DNA of 64,000 nt from Octopus vulgaris. Its lineage: Eukaryota. Under the pieces are notes generated by a model, which ran no database searches, was not told the origin of the DNA, and saw only the letters and a list, made by a program, of their open reading frames with translations. Position 1 is the stretch's first letter; each line of letters starts with the position of its first letter. Made by a program: the position numbers and the translations under genes. Location of the stretch: positions 41,292,001 to 41,356,000 of the forward strand of contig OX597827.1 in NCBI GenBank assembly GCA_951406725.2. The letters run 5' to 3'. This document shows, in pieces, positions 27,222 to 40,795 of the stretch.

Positions 27222-28919
27222 GTTCTTCTCAACATCTGTGTTTAGCATCAGGGTTCTACATCAGTAGGCAGGTATAGGGAGTAGTAGGGTGCTTGTATAT
27301 TTGGTCAGTTTAGTGCCCCTGTTCATTCACATGTGATGTGGGTGTGAAGGTTAGTGTACTTGTAGATTGTAAGAAGCTAGCAGTGGCCTCAATTAGAAAA
27401 GTGCTTGTAGCTTCCTGTTGTCATGGACATCATCATAACCATCAACAAAAATCATCATTATCGTTCTTATCAACAACACTCTCTTGTACCACTGTGTTTC
27501 CTTTTGTGCCTGTATTTTTGCCTCTTAAGCTGCCCCTTATTTTCTTTTGTTTCTGAATGTTTCACTAACTTTCCTTCTATCTTCTACTCTCTTCTCCATC
27601 TTTTCCTTACTTTTATTCCCTTTCTTTTACTCTCTTTGCATATATCTCTTCTCTGAGTCTTTCTCTCTTCTACTTCTCTCTCTTCTCTGCCTGCCTATTC
27701 ACCTGCGTCTCTCTACTCTTGTCTATCCTCCTGTTTTTCTCTACTACTGTATCGCTGTTACTCTACTCCTGTGTCTCTCTAAGCTTTCCACTCACGTCTG
27801 TCTGTTTTTCTCTCTCGCCTTATTCTCACTCAGCTCTCATTTCTGCTCATCAACATTTCATCTGGCAGTCTTGAAGAATGATGTCAGAATAGATGAGAGA
27901 TAGATAGATAGAGAGAGAGATTGAGAGATAGATAGATAGATAGATAGAGAGAGATGGTGAATGTGACAGCAGGTGGTACAGTAGAGAGTAATGGAGAGTT
28001 TGATATAGAGAAAAAGGAGAGTGCTTGTGTGAAGGGCATGGCAAGAGCAGCTGAGTAGAGAGAATGAAAGAGAGAGAGAGAGAGTGTGTGAAATGGGAGA
28101 AGGGAAGAATTGAGCAGCATGTATGACAAACATACCCTCTATCACTCCGTCCCCCACCCACATAGTGCCATCAAATTCCTTCCTCCCCTTCAGTTGGTGC
28201 CATCAAGTTCCTGACAACCATCGCTGCAACCGCCACCACCACCATCTCTTCTTTCCTGACTTTCCTGCAGCTGCTGCTGCTGCTGCTACTGCTATTACTT
28301 GATGCTGCTACTGTTGTTGTTAGCTGGCTGGCAATGACATCATCATCATTGTTCTGTGGATGGGGATGAGACATGAAATGAGATTCTGGAAGAGGAGATG
28401 ATGAAAGGCATCGTCATCATCATCATCATCATCATCATCGTCGTCGTCATCATCGTCACCAGCATCACCGCCAACCATCATCATCATCATCAACACCACC
28501 ACCATGACTGTTTTATGTCTGCTTTTTTCATGCTTGCATGGATTGGATGGGTGAGAGAATAAATTAAGAGGCGCAGGGGGGGGGGACTTTTTTTATATAT
28601 ATATATATATATATATAAAAACACACACAAAAAAAAGTACCACACATACAAAATACCCCACCCCACCTATTGCATCCTTACCCTCCATATAAACAAAACA
28701 AGTCTGAAATATTGGAAGGAAAGAAAGGATATTACAAAAGTAAAAAAAAAAAAAAAGCAAAAAAAATTAAAAAATTGCAATAAAACACCCAGTGCTAGAA
28801 ATCTGACTGTTAGATGAAGGTGAGCTTATTCTGGCTTGCCACACCATGGCACTGGGATATATAGCTAGGTGATGTCAGTGATAGTAGTAGTAGTAGTAGT
28901 AGTGTGATGTTATAGTGGT

Positions 28920-29021
28920 ATGTTACAATTTAGCCCTAGGTCAATTCTGATTGAGCATATGTGTGTGTGTGCGCATGTGCATATATATGTGCATGTATAT
29001 TTGTATTGGTGTATGTATATA

Positions 29022-29054
<33 letters not shown>

Positions 29055-30255
29055 GATCTTAGGCATTCCAGCTATGACAATCCCATCATTTCTTTCTTCA
29101 AGCACTTGTACTACCCGACACTATCCAATGCGTCTTTCCCTATTTTATTAATTCTTTTTTTTTTTTTAAGATGATAGAGTGGAATTTGAAGAAAATTTGA
29201 CTGCTGTTACTAGCAGACTGAGTGCCCATATAGAGGTTCTTTCATTTTGGTGTGATGATGGTGGTGATAGCGGTAGCGATGGTTGTGCAGTTGGTGGGGT
29301 GTCTGATGCATGGCAGCAATGTTTATGTATAACAGTAGTGGTTGTTGTTTTTTAACCCCCCCCTCATTTATGATTTAAATAAAGCTTTGATCAAAGACGT
29401 TCCAACCATGACCATCTCGTTTTTTTTGCTGTTGTAAATTTAGTACTTTCTCAAATCATACCCTGCTGTCTTAATGATGATGGCTGTGTTTAATAGTGAT
29501 TGTGGTTGTGTCTAATGGTAGTCATGGTCAGTTGCAGCTGTAGTAGTAGTAGTAGTAGTTCTTCTTTTTGCCCCCAGGTCAGCCCTAATCAGTCAACTTA
29601 AGATCAAAGACATTCCAATCATGAACAGTGTCTTTTTGTACACCAAATAACTACATTATACACGATCGAATTTGTGGGTGACTTGGGTGCTGTTTCTAGC
29701 AGGCTGAGTCAACACTTAGGTGGTGTATGTGTGTGTTTGTATGTAGCAGTGTAGAGGTAGTGGTTTGTAGGTGTTTAAGTAGTAGTAGTAGTAGTAGTAA
29801 TGGTAGAGTTGGTGTTGTGTGCTTCTCGGTGATGATTCTGGTGGTAGTCGCTACTGTTGGTGTTGTTCTATTGGTGAAAGCGTGCTGTTGTTGTTGATGA
29901 TGATGATGATGATGATGGTTGTCACAGTGAGGGTAATGAATTGTGGCTGCAATAACTTTGTTGTTAGGTGTACTGGCATTAGCGTGTAGCAGTGAGTTTG
30001 TGCTTTGGTGTTGGTGTAGGTGAATGCATAGAAGTCATAGTTTCATGTTGTGTTTGATGTTGTTGTTGTTGTTTCTTCTCCTCGTTAAGCTTTGTTCCAA
30101 GCAGACTCATGTAATCTAAAGCAGTCTTTTTATACTTCAAACATAGGTGTATCTAAGACTACGTTTATCTAATGTGTCCTTTCTTTTGAAAGTTAAGCTG
30201 AGATTTGAGGGAGATTTTGGTTGCCATTTCTAGCATATTAAACAACTACTTAAGA
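28920..30255 (+). repeat. Cluster of four family D copies separated by (GTA)n/(GTT)n/(GAT)n
   Basis: Same diagnostic blocks; other copies at ~7715, 11890, 14990, 19890, 21700, 26950, 44250, 45500, 57850. Confidence 0.7.
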
Positions 30256-30725
30256 GTTTGTGGTAGTGGGTAGTTGTTCTTTTGGTGAGAATGACTACAG
30301 TGTTGCTGTTGTTGTTGTTGTTGTTGATGGTGGTGGTGGTGGTGGTGGCGGTGGTAGCTACTGAAGTGGTGTTTGGAAAGCGAAAGCAGATCTAAGCAGC
30401 AGTTAATAATAAGTCTGTTTGGTTAGTTAAGTGTAAATGTGTGTATGCGTGTGCATATGCATGCATTTGAATTTTGTTCGGCACCTTTCACTTTTGTGCC
30501 AGTTTTGTGCAGGTTAACATCACCCCCACCCCCCCATTCCCCACATTATCTTCACTGCCGTTGACCATCATCCACCCCAAACATTTAGTCATTAATTGAA
30601 TATATTTATTTCCACAGTAATGTCCTTGAGCAGGGGAGGGCATATATATCACAGCTTCCCACTTCATCCATCTCCAAATTTTGTGATTACACAGAGCACA
30701 ACATCATCATCGTCATCGTCATCAC

Positions 30726-30761
<36 letters not shown>

Positions 30762-31286
30762 TTTGATGATGATGTGGGAGATAATTGAGAGAGTGAAGCG
30801 CTAGGCTGCGGTATTTAGTTTTATTTGAGTCTTGAGTTAATATTCTATTAGCTAATATTCTGTTTAGTATTTATTAACTAGAGAATTCTACAGTTTGGCT
30901 TCCTCTGCTGTTCTGGGTTCAACTCCAGCTGGGTTCAACTCCAGCTGGGAGTGGGGTGCAGTAAGTGTTTACGTTTTATCCTGTTGGTAAAATATGAGTT
31001 GATAAAATATGTGCTAGTTGCCTCCTTAGGGGGTCAAGTCAGTTGACTATGCTCTTCTGAAATGTTTAACCACTTATTATTATTGTTATTATTTTCTTCT
31101 CTCGTTTGATTGCTATTTCATTTCATCTTCCAGCCAGGTCTCAACCAGAGACTTTAGACATGTATATATTAAGATAGAGAGAAACTTCCTGAGGAGGTGA
31201 GCAGTTGGTGTCAGCACAGTTGTTTGAACATCATAAATTGTTGGTTTCCCTGGGATTTGGTCATCATCATAATCATCATCATCATT

Positions 31287-31497
31287 ATGGCAAGCTGGCA
31301 GAATTGTTCACATGCTGGGCAAAATGCTTAGTGGCATTTCGCCCATCTTTACATTCTGGTTTCAAATTCTGCCAAGGTTGACTTTGTCTTTCATCCTTTC
31401 AGGGTTGATGAAATAAGTACCAGTTGAGTAGTGGGGTCAATGTAATCGATTAGCCCCCTCTCCCAAAATTTCAAGTCTTCTGCCAATAATAGAAAGG

Positions 31498-31530
<33 letters not shown>

Positions 31531-33398
31531 GGTGTAGTGGTTTGATTGAATTAAGAGCATTGGACAAAATACCTTGTGGTAATTGTTCTAGTTCTTTAAG
31601 TCTTAAGTTTGGACTCAACAAACAACCATATTGTTATTAATAGTTATCTTATTATAATGTTATATTTATTAATAATAATGGTTTCAAATTTTGGCACAAG
31701 GCCAAAAATTTTTAGTGGTAGTGGTGGTGGTGGTGGTGGTGGAAGTCCATTATATTCACCTTAGTGTTCAACTCGTACCTATTTTATTGACCTTGGCAGA
31801 ATTTGAACTCAGAACATAAGATAGACAAAATGCTGTGTAACATTTTATCCGGTGTGCTAACAATTCTGTCAGCTTGCTACCTTATATTATTAACAATAAT
31901 GATAACATAATATTATTATGGTAAAGGCGCTGAGCTGGCAGAATCATTAGCACACCGGGCAAAATGCTTAGTGGTATTTTGCCTGTTGTTAGGTTCTGAG
32001 TTCAAATGCTGCTGTGGTCGACTTTGCCTTTCATCTTTTGGGGGTTGATGAATTAAATACCAGTCGAGCACTGGGGTCGATGTAATCGACTAGCCCTCTC
32101 CCTCAAATTTCAGGCTTTTGTGCCTATAGTAGAAAGGATTATTATTATGGTAGAAATGGTAACCTACTATATTGTATATGTGTGTACAATATTTAATTTC
32201 ACTATTCAACATTTGTCTTGGTAAACATCAAATTCTGCCAAGATTGATTTTGCTTTTTATCCTGCCAGATTTAATCAAACGAAATACCTAACAGGTTGGT
32301 GGGGCAATGCTATCTTTGCACCCTTTCCTTAAAAATATTGGCCTTGTGCCATATTGAAAGAAACTGGTGTTGCAGATACAGTAAGTGCTAGATCAAAAGC
32401 TTTACTCATCCTCTTGCATTCTGACTTTAAACTCTGCTTTGACCACCTCTGTCTGTTATCTCTCTAGAGTTGGCAACATAAGTTCTTGTAATATGCTGAG
32501 GAGGAAGTTGATCAACGTATATATTCCGCTTCACGTCGGGACCGTCTACTAAAATAAGAGAGAATTATTACTCTACTTGTGTGTTATTGTATTATGGGTA
32601 ACTTTAGAAGTATACTCTGTCACCATGGGTGATATCAAGAAATATGGCATACATACAGTAATTATTATTCCACTTTTATCAAATTTCTTGGTGCTTATAC
32701 AAAACAATAAAATAATCTGGATACTAATTTTCAAAAGAAAAATACTTATTACCCCCAAAATATACTTAAACAAAGCAAATTTCTCATTTGTATATTTGCA
32801 ATAAATATATATTGTTATTTAAGCTGTTGATTTCAAATTTTTTTTTCTTTGTACAAGGCCAGAATTTTTAGTAGAGGGAGTAAGTTGATTATATTGACTC
32901 CAGTACTCAACTGGTTATTGTTTTATAAACCCTAAAATGGTCAAAGGCAAAATTGACTTTGGTGGCATTTGAACTCAGAGCGTAGAGACAGATGAAATGC
33001 CGGTGAACATATCACTGGGTGTACTAATGATCACAATCTACACCACTGGAAACTTATCTCTACAAAATTGTTTTTAAAAATGTGTATTTGTTTTTCCTAA
33101 GAGTTACATGACACTCATCCTCTACCTAATGTTAACTCTGTATCTCTCTCTTACTCTCTTTCCCTCTCTTTATGTGACGTAAAATGTAACTGGAGATCAA
33201 CCAACCAACGTTACACCTGGTAAAATGCTTAGTGGAATTTCATCTATCTTTACATTCTGAGTTCAAATTCCACTGAGGTTGACTTTGCCTTTCATCCTTT
33301 TGAGGTCAATAAAATAAAGTACCAGTTATGGGGTTGATGTAATCAATTTTCTACTTTCCCTGAAATTGCTGACCTTGTGCCTAATTTCAAAACCATTA
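31287..33398. mobile_element. Cluster of six SINE family B copies in mixed orientation
   Basis: About 31287-31500 (+), 31677-31884 (-), 31924-32145 (+), 32200-32360 (+), 32828-33030 (-), 33212-33398 (+). Confidence 0.85.
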
Positions 33399-33879
33399 TC
33401 AAACAGAGATTAAGGAAGTGAATAAAGTATTTAGTAGATTTCCCAGTAAGACTGAAAAGTAATCGAGAAAGTATAATGATGGACTTATTTATACATGGGA
33501 TGGGTGGCAATCTTTGCAAAGGTTGTGGTTGTGTTAGTGAGAGTAATGGTAGAGGTGATATTGGTGTTCATGGGGATGGGGGGTATGGTGGTGATGGTGT
33601 TTGTGGGGTAACTATGACAATCATGGTGTTTGTGGAGTAATTGATTTTGTTAATTTGGTAATGATGCTAGTGTAGTGGAAATATATAGTCAGTACAAGGT
33701 GTTGATGTGGCTGCATGTATGTTATTACAATAGTCCATAAAGAGCTGAAGAATAAATTAAAAATCTATATATTTCCTACATAAGGATATATTTTATTTAC
33801 TGGTCAATGATGATACATAGAATCAAAATGTAGAATCTAGTTGAATGAAGTAATCTATGCAAGAAAGTTCAGAGATAGA

Positions 33880-34480
33880 AAATGTAGAAATAACAGCGAT
33901 GTCGTAGTTTTCAGTCATGTGGTGTAGAGAAATGATGTGAATGGCTCTAAGTCTAATCGACTAAGAAGTGAAGAGCTGGGTTAGCAAGCTGTTTTTATTA
34001 ATGGAATACTAGACATTCTAGAAACTTCCAAGAGAAATGCTAAGATTCTTGAATGATTAAGAATCACATCTCATGATACAGATGCTTTGAGAAACTTAGA
34101 AAAGAGAGGTTACTCTATGATCTTTCTTGCAAGGGAGATCATTCAACTATCTAGCTGCCGCTACACTAGTTATGATGATTCTGTGCCTTACTTCACTTCC
34201 TTGTGGTTTATGCAGTTTGTGTGGAGATGTGAGGCTGCTTCAGCTTCTTACATCTGTTTCGCTGTCAAGTTTGTTATCTTTGTATAACTTGATGGTTCTA
34301 TTGATTTCAGTGTTTGCTAATTTCAATGACGGTAAAGGTAATAGTGCTTCTTTTGTTGCATTGAAAGGCTGGATTATATCCTCACAGCTTGTACCTAGCT
34401 CTAGTTTCATAGCATGAGGAAAGTGAGTGATAAATCTCCTTTTCAAGAGGAAATCAGACTGTGCGATATACCTCTTTGCT
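33880..34480 (-). pseudogene. Degenerate Penelope-like reverse transcriptase fragment
   Basis: Minus strand PHKLHKPQ..RHRIIITSV..AR*LN...INKNS resembles the PLE RT motif PK(L/I)HKP..RPIIS; many stops. Confidence 0.5.
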
Positions 34481-34839
34481 GCACCTCTCTGAATTAAAGT
34501 TATGCAAAATAAAGTGTTCTACTGATAAACAACAAATACCTTCAATGATGTTTAACTCACTGAGCTGATAATCCAGTACCTCATTCATTCAACCATTTCA
34601 CATCTACAGACTGCATATTGTATTAGTGCCAACAGTACCTGTGGTATGAATTTTAAATACTGTTTTTTGGTGTTGGTGAATAAACTTTTGTCAAGTCTGT
34701 TGCAGTTAAACACAACATGGAGTTGTTAAATAAAAGAAACGCCTAGAAGTGTATTTTTCATCTTTGTTGTTGGTCATGCTACTATTTTCATTCATCTTAA
34801 AATATGCTTGCATTCTTATTTGAAGTGTGGCTATGGGTA

Positions 34840-35450
34840 TGTGGTGAGAGATTTGACTACTATATTGAGAAAGCAGACCTATGGTTAAAGCTGTTCTAGA
34901 CTTGTGATTTTTTTTTTTATAGAATATAACGTAGGTCTTTGATTATATTAATGCAATAATTCCTTTCTTAAATCAGTAGGGTGTAATTTGAGAGAAATTT
35001 GGTTGATATTTCTAGAAAACTGAGCAACTATAGAGAGGTTATTTTTGATGTTGTTTGGTCCCAATGAAGCAAACCTATGATCAAAGGTGTTCTGACTGTG
35101 ATGGCAGTATTTTACCCTACCAACCTTAGTGTATCTTGGCCACTTTATGAAATATGTTTTCACTTATTTATAATAGGATGCAGTTTGTATGATATTTAGC
35201 TGCTATTTCTAACTGTGCAAACGACCATATAAAAGCTCTCTTATTGGGTTATTGTTCAGCTTCTGGTCAAAGCTAATGGGACAGACCTATGCTTAAAGCC
35301 ATTCATTTAGGATCCTTCCTTCCTTTTTGTATCCTAGCAACACTCCACTTCATTCTTCTATATTTAAAACAGTGGGGTATTATTTGATGGAGATTTAGCT
35401 GCTATTTCTAGCACTTGTATAACTGCATAAAACTTCCCTCATTGGTTTGT
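34840..35450 (+). repeat. Head-to-tail array (~3 units of ~200 bp) of repeat family D
   Basis: Recurring cagacctatgatcaaag and gagatttagctgctatttctag blocks at ~200-bp spacing. Confidence 0.7.
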
Positions 35451-36775
35451 TGGTGTCTGAGTTGTAGGAGTTAGTGGTGATATGTTACTGCTAGGATATT
35501 CAGATAGATCAGTTATACTGTTATTAATGGGATAATATCTTAAGGCATAAAGAACAGTTGGGATAAGTAGATTAAAAGTGATAGCCTCCAGTACATGGCA
35601 AAAATCCTTTCTCAAGGTTTTCTTTTCTTCTCTGATAAGCTAACAAAAGGGCATTTCTAGTCTGAAAATTATTTTTCTGAATCTCATGTCCGCTTCTCTG
35701 CTAACCTACCTGCTTACCTGTCTGCTTGATTAATCTCTCTCTCCATCATCCCCATACATTGGCTAATTCACACTCTCTTCCCCCTCTCTCTCTATATATC
35801 TCCTTGACACACGCATTTGTTCTTTCCACTCTCTACAATCTCACTTTGTAGCAAATGGCGCCCCTTACCCTCATTATTTTCCAGATGTAGAAGACAGTTG
35901 ACCCTACCAGGATTTGAATTTAGTATGGAGAGAGACAGCAGTAAATACAGTAAAGCACTGAATGTGGCATTCTGTTGTCTCTGCTACCTATACCACCCCT
36001 TCATTAGTCACAATAATTTCCACTCTAATATATTACTATTTCTCTGTTAGTCTTTGGTTAATTTCTCATTTCTATTATCAGTATTTTCTATGGTAAGGAT
36101 AATATTCACTGCATGCTTCAACCATTTTATACTAGAAATGGCACTACAAGTGTGTGTGTGTGTGTGTATATCTACAAGGACTGGGCAGGACACAACATAG
36201 TGAACCTGCTACGTATGACAGAACAGAAACCAATGGTGATGGATGACGACAATGATGATGATAATGGTGTGTGGGTGTGTTTATGTACCAAAGCTGGTGG
36301 TTCTGCTAGTACTCTCCATTCCCTGAGAGGACTGCATAGAAGTGGCAAAGGACAAGAAGAGAATGAAATATACTGAACTGGTGGAGTTATTTTGGAAGCA
36401 GTAGGTAACCAGCTAAATAGATGTGTGTGTATGCATGTGTATATGTATGTACATATGTATGCATGTATATGTATACATGTGTGTGTGTTTATTTATACAT
36501 ACATACATACATATTGTGGTGCACCTGAGCACTGTATACAATAATTACATTTATTTATATATATATATATGAGAGAGAGAGAAAAATTGACCTCACATTG
36601 CAACATAACTTTTTTGCACTTCAACTGGTCCTTCCCTATTCAACATTATCCCTAAATAAATGAAAGAAAATATGAAAAAAAAAAAGATGATCCATAACAT
36701 GTACATAATGTATGGACAAATTCCTCCAGGAAATACCATACAAACGAGTGGCACCATAATACATTCAGAACACAC

Positions 36776-36810
<35 letters not shown>

Positions 36811-36978
36811 GTGCATCTGTATACATATTGTGTAAACAAGTGTTGTCGTTGTACAGAGGTCTTCATTTTCAGTCTTTTGCGGAAGCATGTCAGGCTGTGG
36901 AATAATATTTAACTTTGCTTGGAAACAGGAAGAGCATCCAGCTGTAGAAAATCTTGCTCAATGAATTCCATCTAACCT

Positions 36979-37039
<61 letters not shown>

Positions 37040-37046
37040 CCATACT

Positions 37047-37092
<46 letters not shown>

Positions 37093-37230
37093 TATATATG
37101 CATGTATATATACATGTAGATGTAGGTACGTACATATATGTATGTATGCATATATTTTATTTATTAAATTATTGTATGACTGAGCGCCCCCGTGTCGTTT
37201 CGTTTCTTTTCTCCAAGTAAGTTTTTATAG

Positions 37231-37261
<31 letters not shown>

Positions 37262-38188
37262 ACATGGGCCGTGACTACTGAGGATATGCGTAAGCTCGCA
37301 AGAAATGAAGCCAGTATGCTTTGTTGGATGTGTAATGTCAGTGTTCATACCCGACAGAGTGTAAGTGCCTTGAGAGAAAAGTTGGACCTAAGAAGCATCA
37401 GATGTGGTGTGCAAGAGAGGCGTCTATGCTGGTATGGACACGTAGTAAGAATGGATGAAGATAGTTGTGTGAAAAAGTGCCACACCCTAGCGGTTGAGGG
37501 AACCTGTGGAAGAGGTAGACCCAGGAAAACCTGGGACGAGGTGGTGAAGAACGACCTTTGCGCTTTAGGTCTCACCAAGGAAATGACCAGAGACCGAGAC
37601 CTTTGGAAGTATGCTGTGCACGAGAAGACCCGGCAGGACATGTGAGGCCATAACCCATGGCCCCTACCTGGGACGTAGTCAGTCCACCTGTGCATACCTT
37701 CCTTCTTGGGACACATAACTCTACTTGTGAAGACCTGTTGAGGCAAGTGAAAATCAAATCAAATCAAAATCGATGAACATCAATGGAATTTGTAGTTTTG
37801 TGGTACCAGTGCTGGTGGCACATAAGAAAACCATCTGATTGTGGCCGTAGCCAGTACCACATCGACTGGCTTCCGTGCTGTGGGCACGTAACAAACACCA
37901 TCCGATCGTGGCCGTGCCAGCCTCGCCTGGCCTCCGTGCTGGTGGCACGTAAAAAACACCATCCGAGCGTGGCCGTTCGCCAGCCTCGTCTGGCACCTGT
38001 GTCGGTGGCACATAAAAAGCACCTACTACACTCACGGAGTGGTTGGTGTTAGGAAGGGCATCCAGCTGTAGAAACACTGCCAGATCTGACTGGCCTGGTG
38101 CAGCCTTCGGGCTTCCCAGACCCCAGTTTAACCGTCCAACCCATGCTAGCATGGAAAGCGGACGTTAAACGATGATGATGATGATGAT
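37262..38188 (+). mobile_element. 5'-truncated RTE-clade LINE: ORF C-terminus, long structured 3'UTR and (GAT)n tail
   Basis: ORF 37271-37645 RRLCWYGHVVRMDED...GRGRPRKTW...DRDLW is the typical RTE C-terminus; ends ccatgctagcatggaaagcggacgttaaacgatgatgat; TA-rich flanks. Confidence 0.92.
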
Positions 38189-38936
38189 ATATCTCATACA
38201 TTGTGTATGTATTGCATATATATTTAGTATATATATTTATATCTATATAATGTAGGCAAAGCAATTTCATTCATAACTATGAATTGAGTGAAGAAATTAC
38301 TTATTTTATGAATGAATATTGTGTATTTCAGATTATGACAATGATATGAAACTTTTGTTCTTTACTTGCTAACACATTCATTAGTTTGTGTGTATGTTTT
38401 CATGTGCTTGTGTGTTTTGTTATGACTTCACTTTGTCTAATTGATGTATGTATGTTGTGTTAGCATGTTCTTTTAATTTTCTTTGTTGTGAGAAATGGCA
38501 TCAAATTTTTGTAAACATAGTGGTATGATAATCAACAAAATTCTTATTTTGAAGCTTCTAGGTTTCTCTCAGAATGTTTTGGACACAAAGGCTTATATTA
38601 AAGAGTGCATTAGTCAAAAACATTTTATAACAATGTAGTCTAAAACTGAGGAACACACAAACACAATTTGATTTTAGTCGTTATCATCACCATCATTTTA
38701 ATGTCCACTTAAATTGATGAGATATCCAAACCAGTGTTGTTGCCTCTTTTGCAGATATAGATGTTGTCCATTCTTCTTCACCTTATGTCAAGCTGTTCCC
38801 CCATCCCTCTCTCTCTCACAGCCTTTTTTGTAGTTAAACATGCAAATGTGAAAATAGTATGTTAGAGTGGATATGATATTGGACTACCAGCTTGTAGATT
38901 TTGTGTTCAGTTTATCTCAGGTGTCTCATTAAATAA

Positions 38937-39014
38937 AATGCAATTCATTTCTCCTAACTGTTGGGTATGGAATGCAATTCATTTCTCCTAACTGTTGGGT
39001 ATGGAATGCAATTC
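38937..39014 (+). repeat. 34-bp tandem duplication (2.3 copies)
   Basis: aatgcaattcatttctcctaactgttgggtatgg repeated. Confidence 0.9.
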
Positions 39015-39416
39015 TGGAAATGTTGCATGAGATGACCCGGCATTTTATCCAGAAGATGTGTCAATTTGAAATTGATATTGTTTATATCATCTTGCTAGGA
39101 GTTTACCTTTTGCTGTAAATTTGCTCTTCACCACATCCTGTTGAATAACTAAGGATTGTGTGTGTTGGTTGGTTGGCTGGCACAATACCAAATTTGTAGA
39201 GGAGAAAGTGTAGCTGATTGAATCAAATTCCACATATCTACTTATTTCTATTTATTTCATCAGCCAACACTGGAAGGATGAAAGGCAAAATTGATGTTTG
39301 TGGAATTTGAACTCTGAATTGTAGAAAAAAAAAAAAAAAGCACAAAAAGTACCTCAAGACTGTCTTCTCAAGGTCCATGTTTGGTCATTTCTGATACCCC
39401 TCCTCTTATTCAAAGG

Positions 39417-39454
<38 letters not shown>

Positions 39455-40365
39455 TATTCATTTACAGAAAGAAAAAATATAGATTTAACATTAGTGGTAG
39501 GCTTCAAATTTTGTGGGATGGGTGCAGTATTTGACTGCTGCTTATTTCATCGACCCTGGAAGGGTAAATAGCAAATTAAACTTAGTCGGGGTTTGTCAGG
39601 TAAACCTGCAGTCTTGCTTATAAATACATTTATGCACTATGTATCTTCATTATAGCCACATGGCTGTTTAGTTAACAAGTTTGCTTCGTAACCATGAGGA
39701 TCTGAGTTTGATCCAACTCCACATCACTTTAGGCAAGTTGGTTCTGTCATAGCCTTGGAATTACCAATGCGTTGTGAGTGAAATTTACTAAGCAGAGACT
39801 GCAAAAGCCTGTTTGGTGTGTGTGTGTGTGTGTGTATATATATAATGTATACAATTAAAATTTCTGACACTCCTGTGTCACTTCAAAGGCAAGACTCAAC
39901 AATTGTATTGTTGTTAGGCATTGCCTGGTTCATAAAAGAAATATTGACTTTATATTTATAACGTTGTGAATATGTTCTTGAGTTATATAGCCTACTTTGA
40001 TACCAGGTCGAGGTCTATAGTAAGTATGTGTGCGTGCGTGTGAATATCTGATGGTATGTAAGTCTGTAAGCGTGACCTAATTCTTTTAAAGGAAATATTA
40101 CTGCTCAACTTAGCTATCTGATAAAATGAGATTAATAAAACAAGTATCATTCTAACTATTCATGAAAGTGGTGTTTTGCGGTAGCTCCAATGTAATGACA
40201 GGAACCAATAAAAACAAAGTTATGTCCAGCTAGACATACATACACAGTTAAAAGTACATGCTTTACTACTAATTTTTTTTTTCAACTTCTTCAGATATCA
40301 AATCTAAATTCCAACAAAGGAGCCTTGTTCCTCAACAGTGATTTTAGAAACTTAGAGCAATATAA

Positions 40366-40718
40366 AGGCGCAGGTGTGGTTCCAGGTTCAATCCCAAGGT
40401 GAAGTGTCTTCTACTACAGCCTTGGGCTGACCAAAGCCTTGCGAGCGGATTTGGTAGATGGCAACTGAAGACTGTCATATATATATGTATATATACATCT
40501 ATGTGTGTGTCTTTGCATCTGCATTTGCACCCCCACCACCACCACCATTTGACAACTGGTGTTGGTGTGTTTATGTCCCTGTAACTTAGCGATTTGGCAA
40601 AAGAGTCTGATAGAGTATTAGGCTTTAAAAAAGTACTGGGGTCAACTCATTCAACCAAAAACTTCAAGGTGGTGCCCCAGCATGACCACAGCCTAATAAT
40701 TGAAACAAATAAAAGTAG
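40366..40718 (+). mobile_element. SINE family A (internally deleted)
   Basis: ggcgcaggtgtggttccaggttcaatccc...gaaacaaataaaag. Confidence 0.8.
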
Positions 40719-40756
40719 AAAAACATAGTTATATACCTAAGATCATACACACTCTT

Positions 40757-40795
<39 letters not shown>

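Noticed and set aside
37805-38030. CRISPR-like repeat/spacer periodicity
   Set aside because: The spacers are homologous to each other, the array sits in a LINE 3'UTR, the context is eukaryotic and there are no cas genes.
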